Source: Petrotogaceae bacterium (GTDB lineage Bacteria > Thermotogota > Thermotogae > Petrotogales > Kosmotogaceae). From it: DNA of 64,000 bases. Below, in pieces: positions 36,711 to 47,466 of the stretch. A program made the translations under genes and the position numbers. The stretch is taken from positions 235,114 to 299,113 of the forward strand of contig CAXXLB010000002.1 of NCBI GenBank assembly GCA_963664675.2. The letters run 5' to 3'. Each line of letters begins with the position of its first letter. Position 1 is the stretch's first letter. The notes under the pieces were generated by a model. It was not told the origin of the DNA. It searched no databases and saw only the letters and a list, made by a program, of their open reading frames with translations.

Positions 36711-37487
36711 TTATAGATTTTCATAGAGAATTCGATAAAAATCTTCTCTGGCATATTTTTCATTCCAGGGAGAATGGCCGCATTTTTTTAAAAGATAAAA
36801 CGAAAAATTTTCCAACACATTTGATAATGGTTTTTCCACTCCCTCGTAGGGATGTGGGTCATCTTCCCCGTGAATTGCTATAACCGGGCATTTAATATCG
36901 CGTCCGATGTTTAACAAATCTCCGCTGGTTCTCAACAGATTTATTTCTTCCATGCAATTTTTAAAAACCTCCGGTTGAAAATCGATAGCGTAACTCTTAT
37001 TTTCGATCGGGCAAAACGAATCGGCTTTACCCATCAATTTACCGAATTCATTTAGGATTTCCCCTCTGTTTTCAGAGGAGGCGTTCAGAAGTTTTTTGTA
37101 AATGATCGATGCCTTTTTGTTTTCTTCAGGCGTGAGATTATTCTTTCTTTTTTTATGCATTAATGAAAGATATTTGTCCTCGAAAGAACCACAGTTTATC
37201 AATATTAACTTTCTGACAACATCCGGATAAGATGCTGAAAAAATAAAACTCAGCCAGGCTCCCCATGAATGACCAACGAGCGTTACCGGAACATTTGCAT
37301 TGACAGCGATTTGTTCCTTCAATTCAGAAAGCTGTCCCTTTATAGAATTTTTTGACTGAAAAGGTTCCAGTATTCCATATTTTCCGGATAGTTCAAGTGC
37401 AACTGGAGCCATACTACCTGGAGCTCCGGGACCTCCATGTACTAAAACAATGGAAAATGGAGATGTTCCATATTTTCTCAAATTCAT
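36711..37487 (-). CDS. alpha/beta hydrolase
   Basis: HGGPG oxyanion region, nucleophile elbow GHSWGA, and late D..H (CGHSPW). Confidence 0.8.
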   Translation of the reverse strand: MNLRKYGTSPFSIVLVHGGPGAPGSMAPVALELSGKYGILEPFQSKNSIKGQLSELKEQIAVNANVPVTLVGHSWGAWLSFIFSASYPDVVRKLILINCGSFEDKYLSLMHKKRKNNLTPEENKKASIIYKKLLNASSENRGEILNEFGKLMGKADSFCPIENKSYAIDFQPEVFKNCMEEINLLRTSGDLLNIGRDIKCPVIAIHGEDDPHPYEGVEKPLSNVLENFSFYLLKKCGHSPWNEKYAREDFYRILYENL

Positions 37488-37920
37488 CTGATCTTTTCAC
37501 TCCTCAAGTAATTTTATAATATGATTATACGTCAAAAGTGGATGTGGTTTTGATATTTTTTTATGAATAATAGTACCCGGGTATCTATGATTTGAGGGAA
37601 ATTTTTGTATTTATACTTTTTTATCCGATTTTGAATCCCGGATCAATTTAAATATAGTTTGTATTTGTATATGAATAAAAATAATTTTGAAGTTACGAGT
37701 ATAGACATGGAAAAAAATGAATGTTGCAGATAAAAATAAGATAATTTGAAATAAAAAGATAATTTAATGTAATAAATATTAATCGAATTAGAATGACTCT
37801 GATGCCGTATAAAATCCAAATTTTGTCGTTGATTTGAAAAGTTATATATGATAAGTTTGTTATAACAATATAAACTTATAAACATATAAATATATAATAT
37901 ATGTTTTTAAGGAGGGAAAA

Positions 37921-38685
37921 ATGGATTTTACAAAAGAAAATATATATATAGATCAGAATTCCGCAATGCCCCTGTTTCAACAGATATTTGAGTGGTTTAA
38001 AAATGCTATCAATAACAACTTAATAAATGAGGGGGAAAAACTACCTTCCGAAGTGGAGTTATGCAATAAATTTAATGTGAGCAGAATTACGATAAGGCAG
38101 GCCTTGACGAAATTAAAAAATGAAGGGTTTATTGAAAGAAAACAAGGAAAAGGAACGATTGTCGTTAACAACAGCAAGCTGGAATTTTCTTATATAAATC
38201 AATTTTTCGGTGTTGGGGAAGAGCTTAAGAGAAAAGGTGTTCAGTTGTCGGATAAAGTTCTTTTGTGCAAAGTTCTGAAGGCGAATGAAGAGTTGGCAAC
38301 AAAACTTTTTATCAACCCTAAAGAAAAGGTTTTTGTTCTGAAAAGGGTGAGAATAATTAATAAAATTCCTTCAATCCTCTCTTATAATTACGTTCCCTAT
38401 AAATTTGTGCCCGATATAGAGAAAATAGATTTTACCAAGAATTTTTTGTACACGGTCCTGGAAAAAAATTACAATATGCATATCGATAATTATATCAGAA
38501 CGTTCAAACCGGTGATAATAAACAAAGAAGAAGCAAAATTACTGGATTATAAATCCGATGAACCGGTTATGAAGATGTTGAGTACATCATATGATTCTAA
38601 AAATAATATAGTTGAATATTATTATGGAATTCAAAGGGGAGATATAGGTAATTTAACTATCAAAATGAAAAGAGTCAGGTATTAG
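37921..38685 (+). CDS. GntR family transcriptional regulator (HutC/UTRA subtype)
   Basis: LPSEVELCNKFNVSRITIRQALTKLKNEGFIERKQGKGTIV winged helix plus an effector domain of about 170 aa. Confidence 0.85.
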   Translation: MDFTKENIYIDQNSAMPLFQQIFEWFKNAINNNLINEGEKLPSEVELCNKFNVSRITIRQALTKLKNEGFIERKQGKGTIVVNNSKLEFSYINQFFGVGEELKRKGVQLSDKVLLCKVLKANEELATKLFINPKEKVFVLKRVRIINKIPSILSYNYVPYKFVPDIEKIDFTKNFLYTVLEKNYNMHIDNYIRTFKPVIINKEEAKLLDYKSDEPVMKMLSTSYDSKNNIVEYYYGIQRGDIGNLTIKMKRVRY

Positions 38686-38728
38686 TTTTTTTTGGAATAA
38701 AAATTGGGAGTTCGGTGGGGAGTTTGAA

Positions 38729-40213
38729 ATGAATGATTTTATTTTAGCGATTGACCAGGGAAGTACTGGGACTAAGGTTTTGTGTGTTGATAAAAATGGG
38801 AAAATAATAGAGTCCACTTATCAAAAAATAAAATCTTATTACCCAAAAGAAGGGTGGGTCGAACATGACGCAGAAGACATCTGGGATTCTGTTGAAACAT
38901 GTTTGAGAAATTTATCCAAAAAAATCGATTTTTCAAAAATAGCTGCGTTGGGTATAACTAATCAAAGAGAAAGTACTTTGCTATGGAACAGGAAAACCGG
39001 AGAATCCATTGGTCCGGTTGTCAGCTGGCAGTGTCACAGATCGGAAGACATCTGTTCAGAATGGAAAAGAGCGGGTTTGGAATCGGTGGTAAGAGAAAAA
39101 ACGGGTCTGAACATCGATGGATATTATTCCGCTTCAAAAATAAAATGGCTGCTTAACAGATTTCCTGATACGAAAGAATTAATTTACAAAGATGAACTGT
39201 GTTTTGGAAATATAAATACATGGATAATATGGAAACTGACATCGAAAAAGGAATTCAAAACGGATTACTCGAATGCCGCGCGAACTCTTTTGTTTAATAT
39301 AAAGGATTTGAAGTGGGACGGGTATCTGGGAAAACTTTTCGATATTCCTTTGGAAATATTTCCGGAACCTGTCGAATGTGATGGTTATTTTGGTGAAGCG
39401 GTGTATCCAGAAGAAGTCTTTAAGAAAAAAATCCCAATACTGGCTTCGTTGGGGGATCAACAGTCTTCACTTTTTGGCCAGAATTGTTTTGATAATAAAA
39501 CGGTTAAGTGTTCATTTGGTACTTGTTTGAATCTGGGCTTTTTCACCGGAGGCGAGATTCAGTTCGATTTGAAGGGTATTATTCCGACCATAGCCTGGAG
39601 TTATAAAGGGAAAATCAATTATGCTGTAGAAGGAGGTGTATATGTAGCCGGGTCTATGTTCGACTGGCTTATGGAAAAATTAAATTTATCCGACAATATC
39701 GGTGAACTCACCGAATTTGCAAAAGAAGTGAAAATAGAAAATTTGTACCTGGTTCCGGCCTTTGTCGGGCTGGCAGCACCTTATTGGGATCCGAAAGCAC
39801 GTGCGCTTCTGATAGGGCTTACATTTAATCACGATAAAAGACATATTGTAAGAGCGGCCTTTGAATCAATAGCTTTTCAGACCAACGATGTTCTTGAAGA
39901 AGAGAAGAGAATGATAAATTCTGATCTGGTTATCAGGGTTGACGGTGGTATGACAAAAAATGATTTTTTGATGCAGATTTTATCGGATTATACGAATTGT
40001 AAGATTGAAAGACCTGTAAACCAGGAATGTACTTCTCTGGGAGTTGCTTATCTGGCGGGTTTGTCTCATGGCCTTTGGAAAGATTTAAATGAAATAAAGA
40101 AACTCTGGGTGGTAGATAAAACTTTTTACCCAAAACTCAATAAAGAAGCGAGAATCAAAACAATAAACAAATGGAAAAAGGCGGTATTGAAATCTTTAAG
40201 CTGGATTGAATAA
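38729..40213 (+). CDS. FGGY family kinase, glycerol kinase-like
   Basis: AIDQGSTGTK, EGWVEHDAEDIW, GITNQRESTLLW and VSWQC.RS blocks, as in GlpK. Confidence 0.8.
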   Translation: MNDFILAIDQGSTGTKVLCVDKNGKIIESTYQKIKSYYPKEGWVEHDAEDIWDSVETCLRNLSKKIDFSKIAALGITNQRESTLLWNRKTGESIGPVVSWQCHRSEDICSEWKRAGLESVVREKTGLNIDGYYSASKIKWLLNRFPDTKELIYKDELCFGNINTWIIWKLTSKKEFKTDYSNAARTLLFNIKDLKWDGYLGKLFDIPLEIFPEPVECDGYFGEAVYPEEVFKKKIPILASLGDQQSSLFGQNCFDNKTVKCSFGTCLNLGFFTGGEIQFDLKGIIPTIAWSYKGKINYAVEGGVYVAGSMFDWLMEKLNLSDNIGELTEFAKEVKIENLYLVPAFVGLAAPYWDPKARALLIGLTFNHDKRHIVRAAFESIAFQTNDVLEEEKRMINSDLVIRVDGGMTKNDFLMQILSDYTNCKIERPVNQECTSLGVAYLAGLSHGLWKDLNEIKKLWVVDKTFYPKLNKEARIKTINKWKKAVLKSLSWIE

Positions 40214-40229
40214 AAAGTGGGGTTTTTAA

Positions 40230-41750
40230 ATGAATAAAAATGTTATCTTATCTTTAAAAGGTATAAATAAGATATTTAGTTCTGTTCAGGCCTTGAATGA
40301 TATAAATTTAGATATTTTAAGTGGAGAAACTCATTCGCTGGTTGGTGCGAATGGTGCTGGAAAATCCACTCTTATTAAAATTCTTGCAAGGGTATATAAA
40401 GAGAGTTCAGGAGAAATATTTTTAAACGGTAACAACATAAATCAAGTTACTTCTGAGTATATCAGAAATTATGGTATAGATTTCATATTTCAGGAACTGG
40501 AATTGATTGAGAATTTTTCGGTGGCCCAAAACATATTACTCGGAATAGAACCGACAAAAAATGGATTTATTAATTGGAATAATATGGAAAAACAGGCTCA
40601 AAAATATCTTGATATGCTTATTCCCGGCTTTATTAAAGCCAGAGAAAAAGTGAGGAATCTCACTATAGCTCAGAAACAACTGGTCTGTATAGCGAGGGCA
40701 CTGTATAGAAATCCAAGAGTACTGGTTTTGGATGAACCGACATCAAGGTTGAGTAAAACAGAAACAGAGGCGTTATTCGAAGTGATAAACAAATTGAAAA
40801 GAGAACAGAATATCACGGTCATTTTCGTTTCTCACAGAATGGAAGAAATATTTGAAATTTCCGATCGAATTACTATTTTAAAGGATGGGAAAAAAGTGGG
40901 AACCTTTGAAAAAAGCGATATCACACATGATCAAGTTGTAGAACACATGGTTGGTAAAGATATATTTTATAATAAAGAAGAAATAGATTTTTCAACTGTA
41001 AAGTCCGATTCAACACCTTTACTTGAAATAAATAATCTTGATATTGACAATATGTACGGTCCGGTTTCTTTTAAAGTATTCCCCGGCGAAATATTCGGGA
41101 TAACGGGTGCGGTTGGTAGTAAAAAAACCGAAATCATCGAGACTATCTTTGGCCTGAGAAAAAAAGACGGTGGAAAAATTATAATAAATGGAAAAGATGT
41201 TAAAAGTATTAATCCCAGAAAAGCCATATCTATGAATATTTCATTGGTTCCCGAAGACAGAAGGAATTCAGGGATTATATATGATTTTTCTGTGAAAAAT
41301 AATTCGACTTTATCTTATTTAAAAAATTACACAAAATTACGCTTGTTTTTAGATTTTAATAAAGAGAAGAAAGATTCCATGAAGATGATAGACCGTTTAT
41401 CAATTAAAACTACTTCTGAAAAAAAATTGTTGAGATATTTGAGTGGAGGTAATCAGCAAAAAGTTGTTATTGCAAAATGGTTGCTTGGGAAAGCGAAGAT
41501 ATATTTTTTTGATGAACCTACTATTGGAATAGATGTGAAGGGAAAGGAAGAAATATATAAAATAATAAGAGAACTGTCCAGAGAAGGAAATGCTGTTGTG
41601 GTTGCTTCCAGTGATATAGATGAAATTCTTCCGCTTGTTCACAGAACTATAGTCTTATTCAAGGGAAAACAGATGAAGGAGTTTTCAACGAATGATGTTG
41701 ATAAAAAAACTTTACTTTATTTAACAATGGGGGGAAACAATAATGAATAA
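40230..41750 (+). CDS. sugar ABC transporter ATP-binding protein (tandem ABC domains, RbsA/LsrA-like)
   Basis: GANGAGKST Walker A, an LSGGNQQK signature in domain 2, and two Walker B sites (LVLDEPT, YFFDEPT). Confidence 0.9.
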   Translation: MNKNVILSLKGINKIFSSVQALNDINLDILSGETHSLVGANGAGKSTLIKILARVYKESSGEIFLNGNNINQVTSEYIRNYGIDFIFQELELIENFSVAQNILLGIEPTKNGFINWNNMEKQAQKYLDMLIPGFIKAREKVRNLTIAQKQLVCIARALYRNPRVLVLDEPTSRLSKTETEALFEVINKLKREQNITVIFVSHRMEEIFEISDRITILKDGKKVGTFEKSDITHDQVVEHMVGKDIFYNKEEIDFSTVKSDSTPLLEINNLDIDNMYGPVSFKVFPGEIFGITGAVGSKKTEIIETIFGLRKKDGGKIIINGKDVKSINPRKAISMNISLVPEDRRNSGIIYDFSVKNNSTLSYLKNYTKLRLFLDFNKEKKDSMKMIDRLSIKTTSEKKLLRYLSGGNQQKVVIAKWLLGKAKIYFFDEPTIGIDVKGKEEIYKIIRELSREGNAVVVASSDIDEILPLVHRTIVLFKGKQMKEFSTNDVDKKTLLYLTMGGNNNE

Positions 41751-42699
41751 ACAATTTTCAAAATTTTTGGATAAATTTGGAACTATTTTTTCCTTTGCCG
41801 TTGTATGGATAATTTTCTGCATTTTATCTCCCCATTTTCGTACCGGTAATAATTTTGTGAATATATTAATTCAAATTTCTCCTCTGCTGGTGTCGGCACT
41901 GGGAATGACATTTGTGAATATGGCAGGTGAAAGTGATTTATCTATCGGGGGAACATTCGGATTATGTACAACTCTGTTCTGTCTTTTACTGCAAAAAAAT
42001 ATAAATCCTTTTTTGAGTGTACTTATAACTATAGCTGCTTCACTTGTAATAGGTCTGCTCAATGGGTACCTTATAGCGTATAGAAAAATGTCATCGTTCA
42101 TTGTGACGGTCGGGACCATGTTTATTGCTATGGGTATTGAAAGAACGTTGAATGGTGGATTCAGTATATGGATAAGAAATAACGATGTTCTGGAATTTTC
42201 CGGGGGAAGCACACTGGGAATACCGAATCTCATTATAGTTTCTGTTGTATTTTTCATCTCCGTATATTTTGTATTGCATCAGACGAAGTATGGGTCACAC
42301 ATTCAGTCTGTGGGAGAGAATTTGGAAACGGCAAATCTTGCCGGAATAGCGGTTAAAAAATTGAAATTCGGAACATTTTTAATCGCCAGTTCATTTTATG
42401 CGGTAGGAGGGATATTGTACGCTCTCAGAGGATCAGGTGCAATATGTTACGCAGGTCAAAAGGTTCTTCTGCCGGTTATGGCGATAACATTTATTGGTAA
42501 AACTTTCCTGGGGTATAAAAGACCTAATGTGATTGGGATATATATCGGAACTTTAATTTTGGGAGCAATAAGCAATGCTTTTACTCTTATTGGAATAGAA
42601 TTTTATTTTACACCGATTGCTCAGGGAATAGTGCTCGCTTTAGCAGCCGCGGTATCTTCCGCTAACAAAGACTACATTCTCCAGGAAAAACTAGATTAG
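41743..42699 (+). CDS. sugar ABC transporter permease (RbsC/LsrC-like)
   Basis: 318-aa polytopic protein with the BPD_transp_2-like pattern. It overlaps the ATPase stop. Confidence 0.85.
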   Translation: MNKQFSKFLDKFGTIFSFAVVWIIFCILSPHFRTGNNFVNILIQISPLLVSALGMTFVNMAGESDLSIGGTFGLCTTLFCLLLQKNINPFLSVLITIAASLVIGLLNGYLIAYRKMSSFIVTVGTMFIAMGIERTLNGGFSIWIRNNDVLEFSGGSTLGIPNLIIVSVVFFISVYFVLHQTKYGSHIQSVGENLETANLAGIAVKKLKFGTFLIASSFYAVGGILYALRGSGAICYAGQKVLLPVMAITFIGKTFLGYKRPNVIGIYIGTLILGAISNAFTLIGIEFYFTPIAQGIVLALAAAVSSANKDYILQEKLD

Positions 42700-42714
42700 G
42701 TGAAGGAGCAAATT

Positions 42715-43692
42715 ATGTCTGAAAATATACTTAAAAACGAAAAGAATCGTTTTAACAACTTTTTATCAATAATGATCAGAAGATATTTGATATTTATAAT
42801 ATTTATCGCGATGGTGGTCGTATTCAGTGTGATTAACCCTATATTTTTATCTCCGAGAAATTTCAAGATGATACTAACCCAGGCGAGCTTTCTTGGGATA
42901 GTATCCTTCGGTATGACCATAGTTATGATAACCGGTGGTGTAGATCTTTCCGTAGGAGCTGTGGCAGGACTGGCGACTATTTTTGGTGTGGATTTAATGC
43001 TGTATTCTGGTTTTAGCGGTTTGGAAGGAATATTATTTGGAATCTTTTGCGGTGCATTTATAGGTGCTATAAGTGGATTGTTTGTTGGAAGGTTGGGCGT
43101 AGCACCATTTGTGGCAACATTGAGTACTATGTTCATTGCTCAGGGATTACAGTATGCTGTGAATGGCGGAGAAAGTATGGGCTATGGTTTCCCGAGTTCA
43201 TATTTATTTATAGGTTCAGGTGAATTGTTGAATATTCCTTTTCCGATAATTATTTTTGTTGTGATATTCTTAGTATTTCTGGTGTTAACTGAATTTACAA
43301 AATGGGGAAGATATATACGTGCTGTTGGTTTAAATCAATTCACTTCAAAGCTTTCCGGATTGAGAATAAGAGCTTTGACTTTCTCAACGTATGTTATAGC
43401 AGGAGGTCTTGCTGCCGTTTCAGGATTGATGCTCGGCGCAAGCCAATCTTACATTCAACCGAATCTTGGTGACAGTTTTTTATTAGATGCTTTAGTTGTG
43501 ACATTATTGGGAAAAGCTACATTTGGAGGAAAACCCTCTATATTGGGAACCGCCTTTGGGGTAATATTCATAAAGACATTTGAGACAGGTATGTCAATGC
43601 TGGGAACCCCCATCATGATGATGAATATTTTAAAAGGGTTCCTGCTCTTGGGTGTTCTTCTGTTGGGCTCTTTTCAGAGAAAGATGGATTGA
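42715..43692 (+). CDS. sugar ABC transporter permease (RbsC/LsrD-like)
   Basis: Polytopic paralog of the preceding permease. The ATG at 42715 follows GAAGGAG (the track start at 42700 is a GTG at the stop of the previous gene). Confidence 0.85.
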   Translation: MSENILKNEKNRFNNFLSIMIRRYLIFIIFIAMVVVFSVINPIFLSPRNFKMILTQASFLGIVSFGMTIVMITGGVDLSVGAVAGLATIFGVDLMLYSGFSGLEGILFGIFCGAFIGAISGLFVGRLGVAPFVATLSTMFIAQGLQYAVNGGESMGYGFPSSYLFIGSGELLNIPFPIIIFVVIFLVFLVLTEFTKWGRYIRAVGLNQFTSKLSGLRIRALTFSTYVIAGGLAAVSGLMLGASQSYIQPNLGDSFLLDALVVTLLGKATFGGKPSILGTAFGVIFIKTFETGMSMLGTPIMMMNILKGFLLLGVLLLGSFQRKMD

Positions 43693-45245
43693 TTATGAGT
43701 TGTAAAGATTACATAATCAATATCGATTGTGGATCCAGCAGTTTCAGGAGTATTGTTTTCGATGTAAAAACGGGTAAAAAAGTTAACGTCTCTCAGGAAC
43801 AATGGTATAGAGAATCCGGAGAAAAGCAGTATTTCGACACGGAGAAGAATTGGAAATTGATATGTAAATGTATAAGAAACTCCATAAGAAATATAGATAA
43901 AAACCGAATAATCGGAATAACCGCAACGAGTTTCAGACATGGATTCGTATGCATAGACAAGCAGGGAGAAGTTATTTTTGCGTGTACCAATACGAGTAAA
44001 AGTTCCGAAGAAGAGATCAGATTTCTTAACGAAAGTGGGTTATCAGAAAAAATTTATAAAATTGGAGGAGATTGGCCGAGTGTACATGCGCTACCCGTTT
44101 TGTTGTGGCTCAAAAAAGAGAAATCGGAGATATATGAAAATATATGGAAAATATTGATGATTTCGGACTGGATTATTTTCAAATTATCCGGAAAGACTTT
44201 TACAGAGCCGGCCAATGCTTCAAGTACTCTGTTGTTCAATGTGAAAAACAGGAATTGGTCAGAAGAAATAATCGAAGAGGTGGGTTTAAATCGCGACATT
44301 CTTCCGGAATGTGTAGATGGCGGAACGGTGATCGGTAATGTTACCCCTGAGGTTTCCGGTTATACAGATTTAAATAAAAGTACCCCTGTTTTAGTGGGAT
44401 TGGCCGATACACAAGCGGGATTAATAGGTATCGGAGCGATTGAAGATGGAAAATCATCTATTATTGCCGGAACTTTCTGGTTGTGCAATCAGCTTAGAAA
44501 TGAGCATTTAATAGATAAAATGGAAAAGATAAGAACTCAAAATCATTGTTTGAAAGATATTTGGATGTACGAAACATGTATCTTTTTGCCTGGCGCTTCA
44601 GTAAGATGGTTTAAAGATTCGTTCTGCAAGATCGAGAATTTTTTGGAAAAAGAATTCGGTTACAACGCCTATGATTTATTAAATATGAAGGCGAAACAGG
44701 TACCGGTTGGATCTAATGGAATTCAAGTAACCTTTTCAGACGTAACGAACGTTAAAAATTGGAAACACGCTTCGCCATCTTTTTTGAACTGGGATGTTTT
44801 AGCTTCGGAAAATTCAGGTCCGGAAGTATTCTACAGGGCGATTTTAGAAAATATAGCTTATGTATCCTACGGAGATTTTTTAAATATAAATGATGTCTGT
44901 GGGAATAAATCGGAAAGGGTTTATTTTTCGGGAGGTGGTTCTTACAGTATTTTATGGGCGAAAATACTGGCGGATGTACTGAATACTGAAATAGTGCTGA
45001 TGACAGAAAATGAATGTACTTCACTTGGAGCTTTTATAATGTCTTCTTATGGTTTACAGGTATACAAAAATATAGAAGATGCCGTGGCAGACTATACTTC
45101 GGAAAGGATGATAATAAAACCTAACAGAGAGAACAATCTGATTTATATGGATTTATACAAAAAATGGAGAGAGATATACAAAAATTCACTAGAAGCCGCA
45201 GATAGGAATCTTACTAAATATATGTGGAAAGCTGCAGGAATTTAA
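43689..45245 (+). CDS. FGGY family kinase, LsrK (autoinducer-2 kinase)-like
   Basis: 518 aa. Segments FDTEKNWKLICKCIR, MISDWIIFKLSG, SVRWFKDSFC, ASPSFLNW and the C-terminal YMWKAAGI resemble E. coli LsrK as I recall it. Confidence 0.6.
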   Translation: MIMSCKDYIINIDCGSSSFRSIVFDVKTGKKVNVSQEQWYRESGEKQYFDTEKNWKLICKCIRNSIRNIDKNRIIGITATSFRHGFVCIDKQGEVIFACTNTSKSSEEEIRFLNESGLSEKIYKIGGDWPSVHALPVLLWLKKEKSEIYENIWKILMISDWIIFKLSGKTFTEPANASSTLLFNVKNRNWSEEIIEEVGLNRDILPECVDGGTVIGNVTPEVSGYTDLNKSTPVLVGLADTQAGLIGIGAIEDGKSSIIAGTFWLCNQLRNEHLIDKMEKIRTQNHCLKDIWMYETCIFLPGASVRWFKDSFCKIENFLEKEFGYNAYDLLNMKAKQVPVGSNGIQVTFSDVTNVKNWKHASPSFLNWDVLASENSGPEVFYRAILENIAYVSYGDFLNINDVCGNKSERVYFSGGGSYSILWAKILADVLNTEIVLMTENECTSLGAFIMSSYGLQVYKNIEDAVADYTSERMIIKPNRENNLIYMDLYKKWREIYKNSLEAADRNLTKYMWKAAGI

Positions 45246-45269
45246 ATTCTTTAAAAGGAGAGGTTCATT

Positions 45270-45677
45270 TTGGAAAAAATCACCATTGGAAAATTACCAA
45301 TTTATCGTGCTGCACCGCCTAATGTAAGAGACAATCTTATAGTTATCGATAAGGAAATAGGTGCAAAAAATCTTTCGGTTGGAATAGGTATTTACTCTAA
45401 AGGGCAAACATCCGAGTTTCATGTTCATTCCGAAGAAGAAGAAGTAATGATTTATACCAAGGGAAAGGGAATCATGAAGACAATTGATGGAAAGGAGGTT
45501 GAGTTAAAAGAAGGGGATGTTACATATGTACCAGCTGGGGAGAAACACCAACTCATAAATACGGGCGATGAGGATTTCGTGTTTCTATTTATTTACACAC
45601 CAGCTGGCCCTGAAAAGAATATCAGGAAATGGAACATTGTCGAAGATGGAAATTATTCTATCAAAGAATTGTTTTAA
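45270..45677 (+). CDS. cupin domain protein
   Basis: 135 aa. Contains the cupin motifs (F)HVHSEEEEV and GDVTYVPAGEKHQLIN. Confidence 0.75.
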   Translation: MEKITIGKLPIYRAAPPNVRDNLIVIDKEIGAKNLSVGIGIYSKGQTSEFHVHSEEEEVMIYTKGKGIMKTIDGKEVELKEGDVTYVPAGEKHQLINTGDEDFVFLFIYTPAGPEKNIRKWNIVEDGNYSIKELF

Positions 45678-45701
45678 AAATGTTAAAAAGGGGGCAAAAT
45701 C

Positions 45702-46661
45702 ATGAAAAAAAATTTAATGTTAATTAGTTTGTTACTTTTGTTCGTTTCAACATTTATGTTTGGAGAATTCGTAATAGGGGTTGCGAGCCAACATTTGGGA
45801 AACGACTGGAACAGGGGAGTTGTAAAAGGAATTAAGGATGAAATGGAAGCGCTGAATTTGGAGTATATTCATACCAATGCCAGAGGAGATACAAATCAGC
45901 AGGTGAATGATGTGGAAAACTTTTTGCTCAGAGGAGTAGATGCGGTTATCATTGCCGGAGGAGAAGGTCCGGCATTTGCGCCTGTAATGAAAAAGCTCAA
46001 TGATGCTGGCATTCCTGTTGTAACAATAGATATCGCTTCTGAGTACGCTTTGACAAATATAACTTCCGATAACTTTAATGCCGGTGAAAAATTATCACTT
46101 TATACCGTTAACAAATTAAGAGCAAGCGGACAGATAGTCGTTTTTGATACACCGGGATGGCAGAGTCTCCTGATAAGAGGAAGAATGCTTGATGCAGTTT
46201 TAGTTGATTATCCAAATGTAGAAGTCGTCGCAAGGTTTGAATGCTCAGTTATTGATTCAGTCAACAACAGTTATCAGCAGATGAAAAGTTATTTGTTATC
46301 GAATCCCAATGTTGGAGCAGTATACTGCACATGGGGATTACCTGCAATAGGCGCTTCAAAAGCCATAAAAGAATTGGGAATGGAGGATGAAATATTTGTC
46401 GTTTGTGTTGACGCCGACCAGGCAATACTTCAAGAAATGATGTCGGAAAATTCTCCACTCACAGGTGTAATAGGACAGTATCCGGAACTGCTGGGAAAAT
46501 TATCGGTAGATATGTCAAAACTTGCTCTGGAAGGTAAGGGCGATCAGATTCCAGTTGAGGTTTATGCTCCAATTATTTGTATTGAGCAGACGGATCCCGA
46601 TGCATGGTTCGCCGGTACCGAAAATAAAACTCCTGGAGATGCCTGGGAAACATTGTACTAA
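45702..46661 (+). CDS. sugar ABC transporter substrate-binding protein (RbsB/LsrB class)
   Basis: Signal peptide. Periplasmic-binding-protein type I pattern (VDAVIIAG, IPVVTID). Confidence 0.85.
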   Translation: MKKNLMLISLLLLFVSTFMFGEFVIGVASQHLGNDWNRGVVKGIKDEMEALNLEYIHTNARGDTNQQVNDVENFLLRGVDAVIIAGGEGPAFAPVMKKLNDAGIPVVTIDIASEYALTNITSDNFNAGEKLSLYTVNKLRASGQIVVFDTPGWQSLLIRGRMLDAVLVDYPNVEVVARFECSVIDSVNNSYQQMKSYLLSNPNVGAVYCTWGLPAIGASKAIKELGMEDEIFVVCVDADQAILQEMMSENSPLTGVIGQYPELLGKLSVDMSKLALEGKGDQIPVEVYAPIICIEQTDPDAWFAGTENKTPGDAWETLY

Positions 46662-46723
46662 TTTTAATTGGTTCCGGAGGTTTCTCCGGAATCATCTTTA
46701 TATAATTTTTAGGAGTATTTTTT

Positions 46724-47452
46724 ATGAATAAGACAGCGATAATAACCGGTGGAGCGGACGGAATAGGGAAAAGTATTTTCGAATTATTTTTATCGCAGGA
46801 TTATAACTCTGTTGTCATAGACAAAGATAGTGAAAGAATTGAAGATTTAAGAAGTAAATACAAAGAAAAAACGTTGTTTTTTAATGCGGATGTATCAGAT
46901 TACACGATGATGGAAAGGGTATTTGAAGAGATTTATGACACTTTCAACAACATTTTTGTTTTAGTTAATAATGCCGGGATACATACGCATGATTTGTTGG
47001 AGAACATGTCTGAAGAGAAGTGGAAAAATACTATAAACATTAATTTAAACAGTGTATTTAATTGTAGTAAATTTGCGGTCAGATACATGAAAAGAGAAAA
47101 GTGTGGAAGAATAATAAATATTTCTTCGATGTCGGCGGAGAGAGGATCGTACAAACACACACATTATTGTGCATCTAAGGCCGGCATTGTAGGCTTTACA
47201 AGGGCTTTAGCGAAAGAAGTGGGAGTTTATAATATAACTGTTAATTCAGTTTGCCCGGGAATAGTTGTAACCAAAATGCAGACTGATAATTTGTTTTATG
47301 AAAAGAAAGATCAATGGATGAAAGAAATGACGATAAAAAGATTTGGAAAACCATCTGATATAGCTAACGCAGTTTATTTCCTATCATCCGAAGATGCAGG
47401 GTGGATTACCGGACAATCACTACATGTAAATGGTGGAATAGTAATGCATTAA
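46724..47452 (+). CDS. SDR family oxidoreductase
   Basis: TGGADGIGKS, NNAG, and the catalytic S...YCASK. Confidence 0.9.
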   Translation: MNKTAIITGGADGIGKSIFELFLSQDYNSVVIDKDSERIEDLRSKYKEKTLFFNADVSDYTMMERVFEEIYDTFNNIFVLVNNAGIHTHDLLENMSEEKWKNTININLNSVFNCSKFAVRYMKREKCGRIINISSMSAERGSYKHTHYCASKAGIVGFTRALAKEVGVYNITVNSVCPGIVVTKMQTDNLFYEKKDQWMKEMTIKRFGKPSDIANAVYFLSSEDAGWITGQSLHVNGGIVMH

Positions 47453-47466
47453 TGAAAGGAGAAAAT

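Noticed and set aside
42696-43136. 146-aa minus-strand ORF antisense to the second ABC permease. Similar antisense ORFs occur at 41871-42257, 56923-57366, 57152-57460, 53759-54166 and 63453-63869.
   Set aside because: All are embedded in well-supported genes on the opposite strand. Their low-complexity composition mirrors the sense codons.
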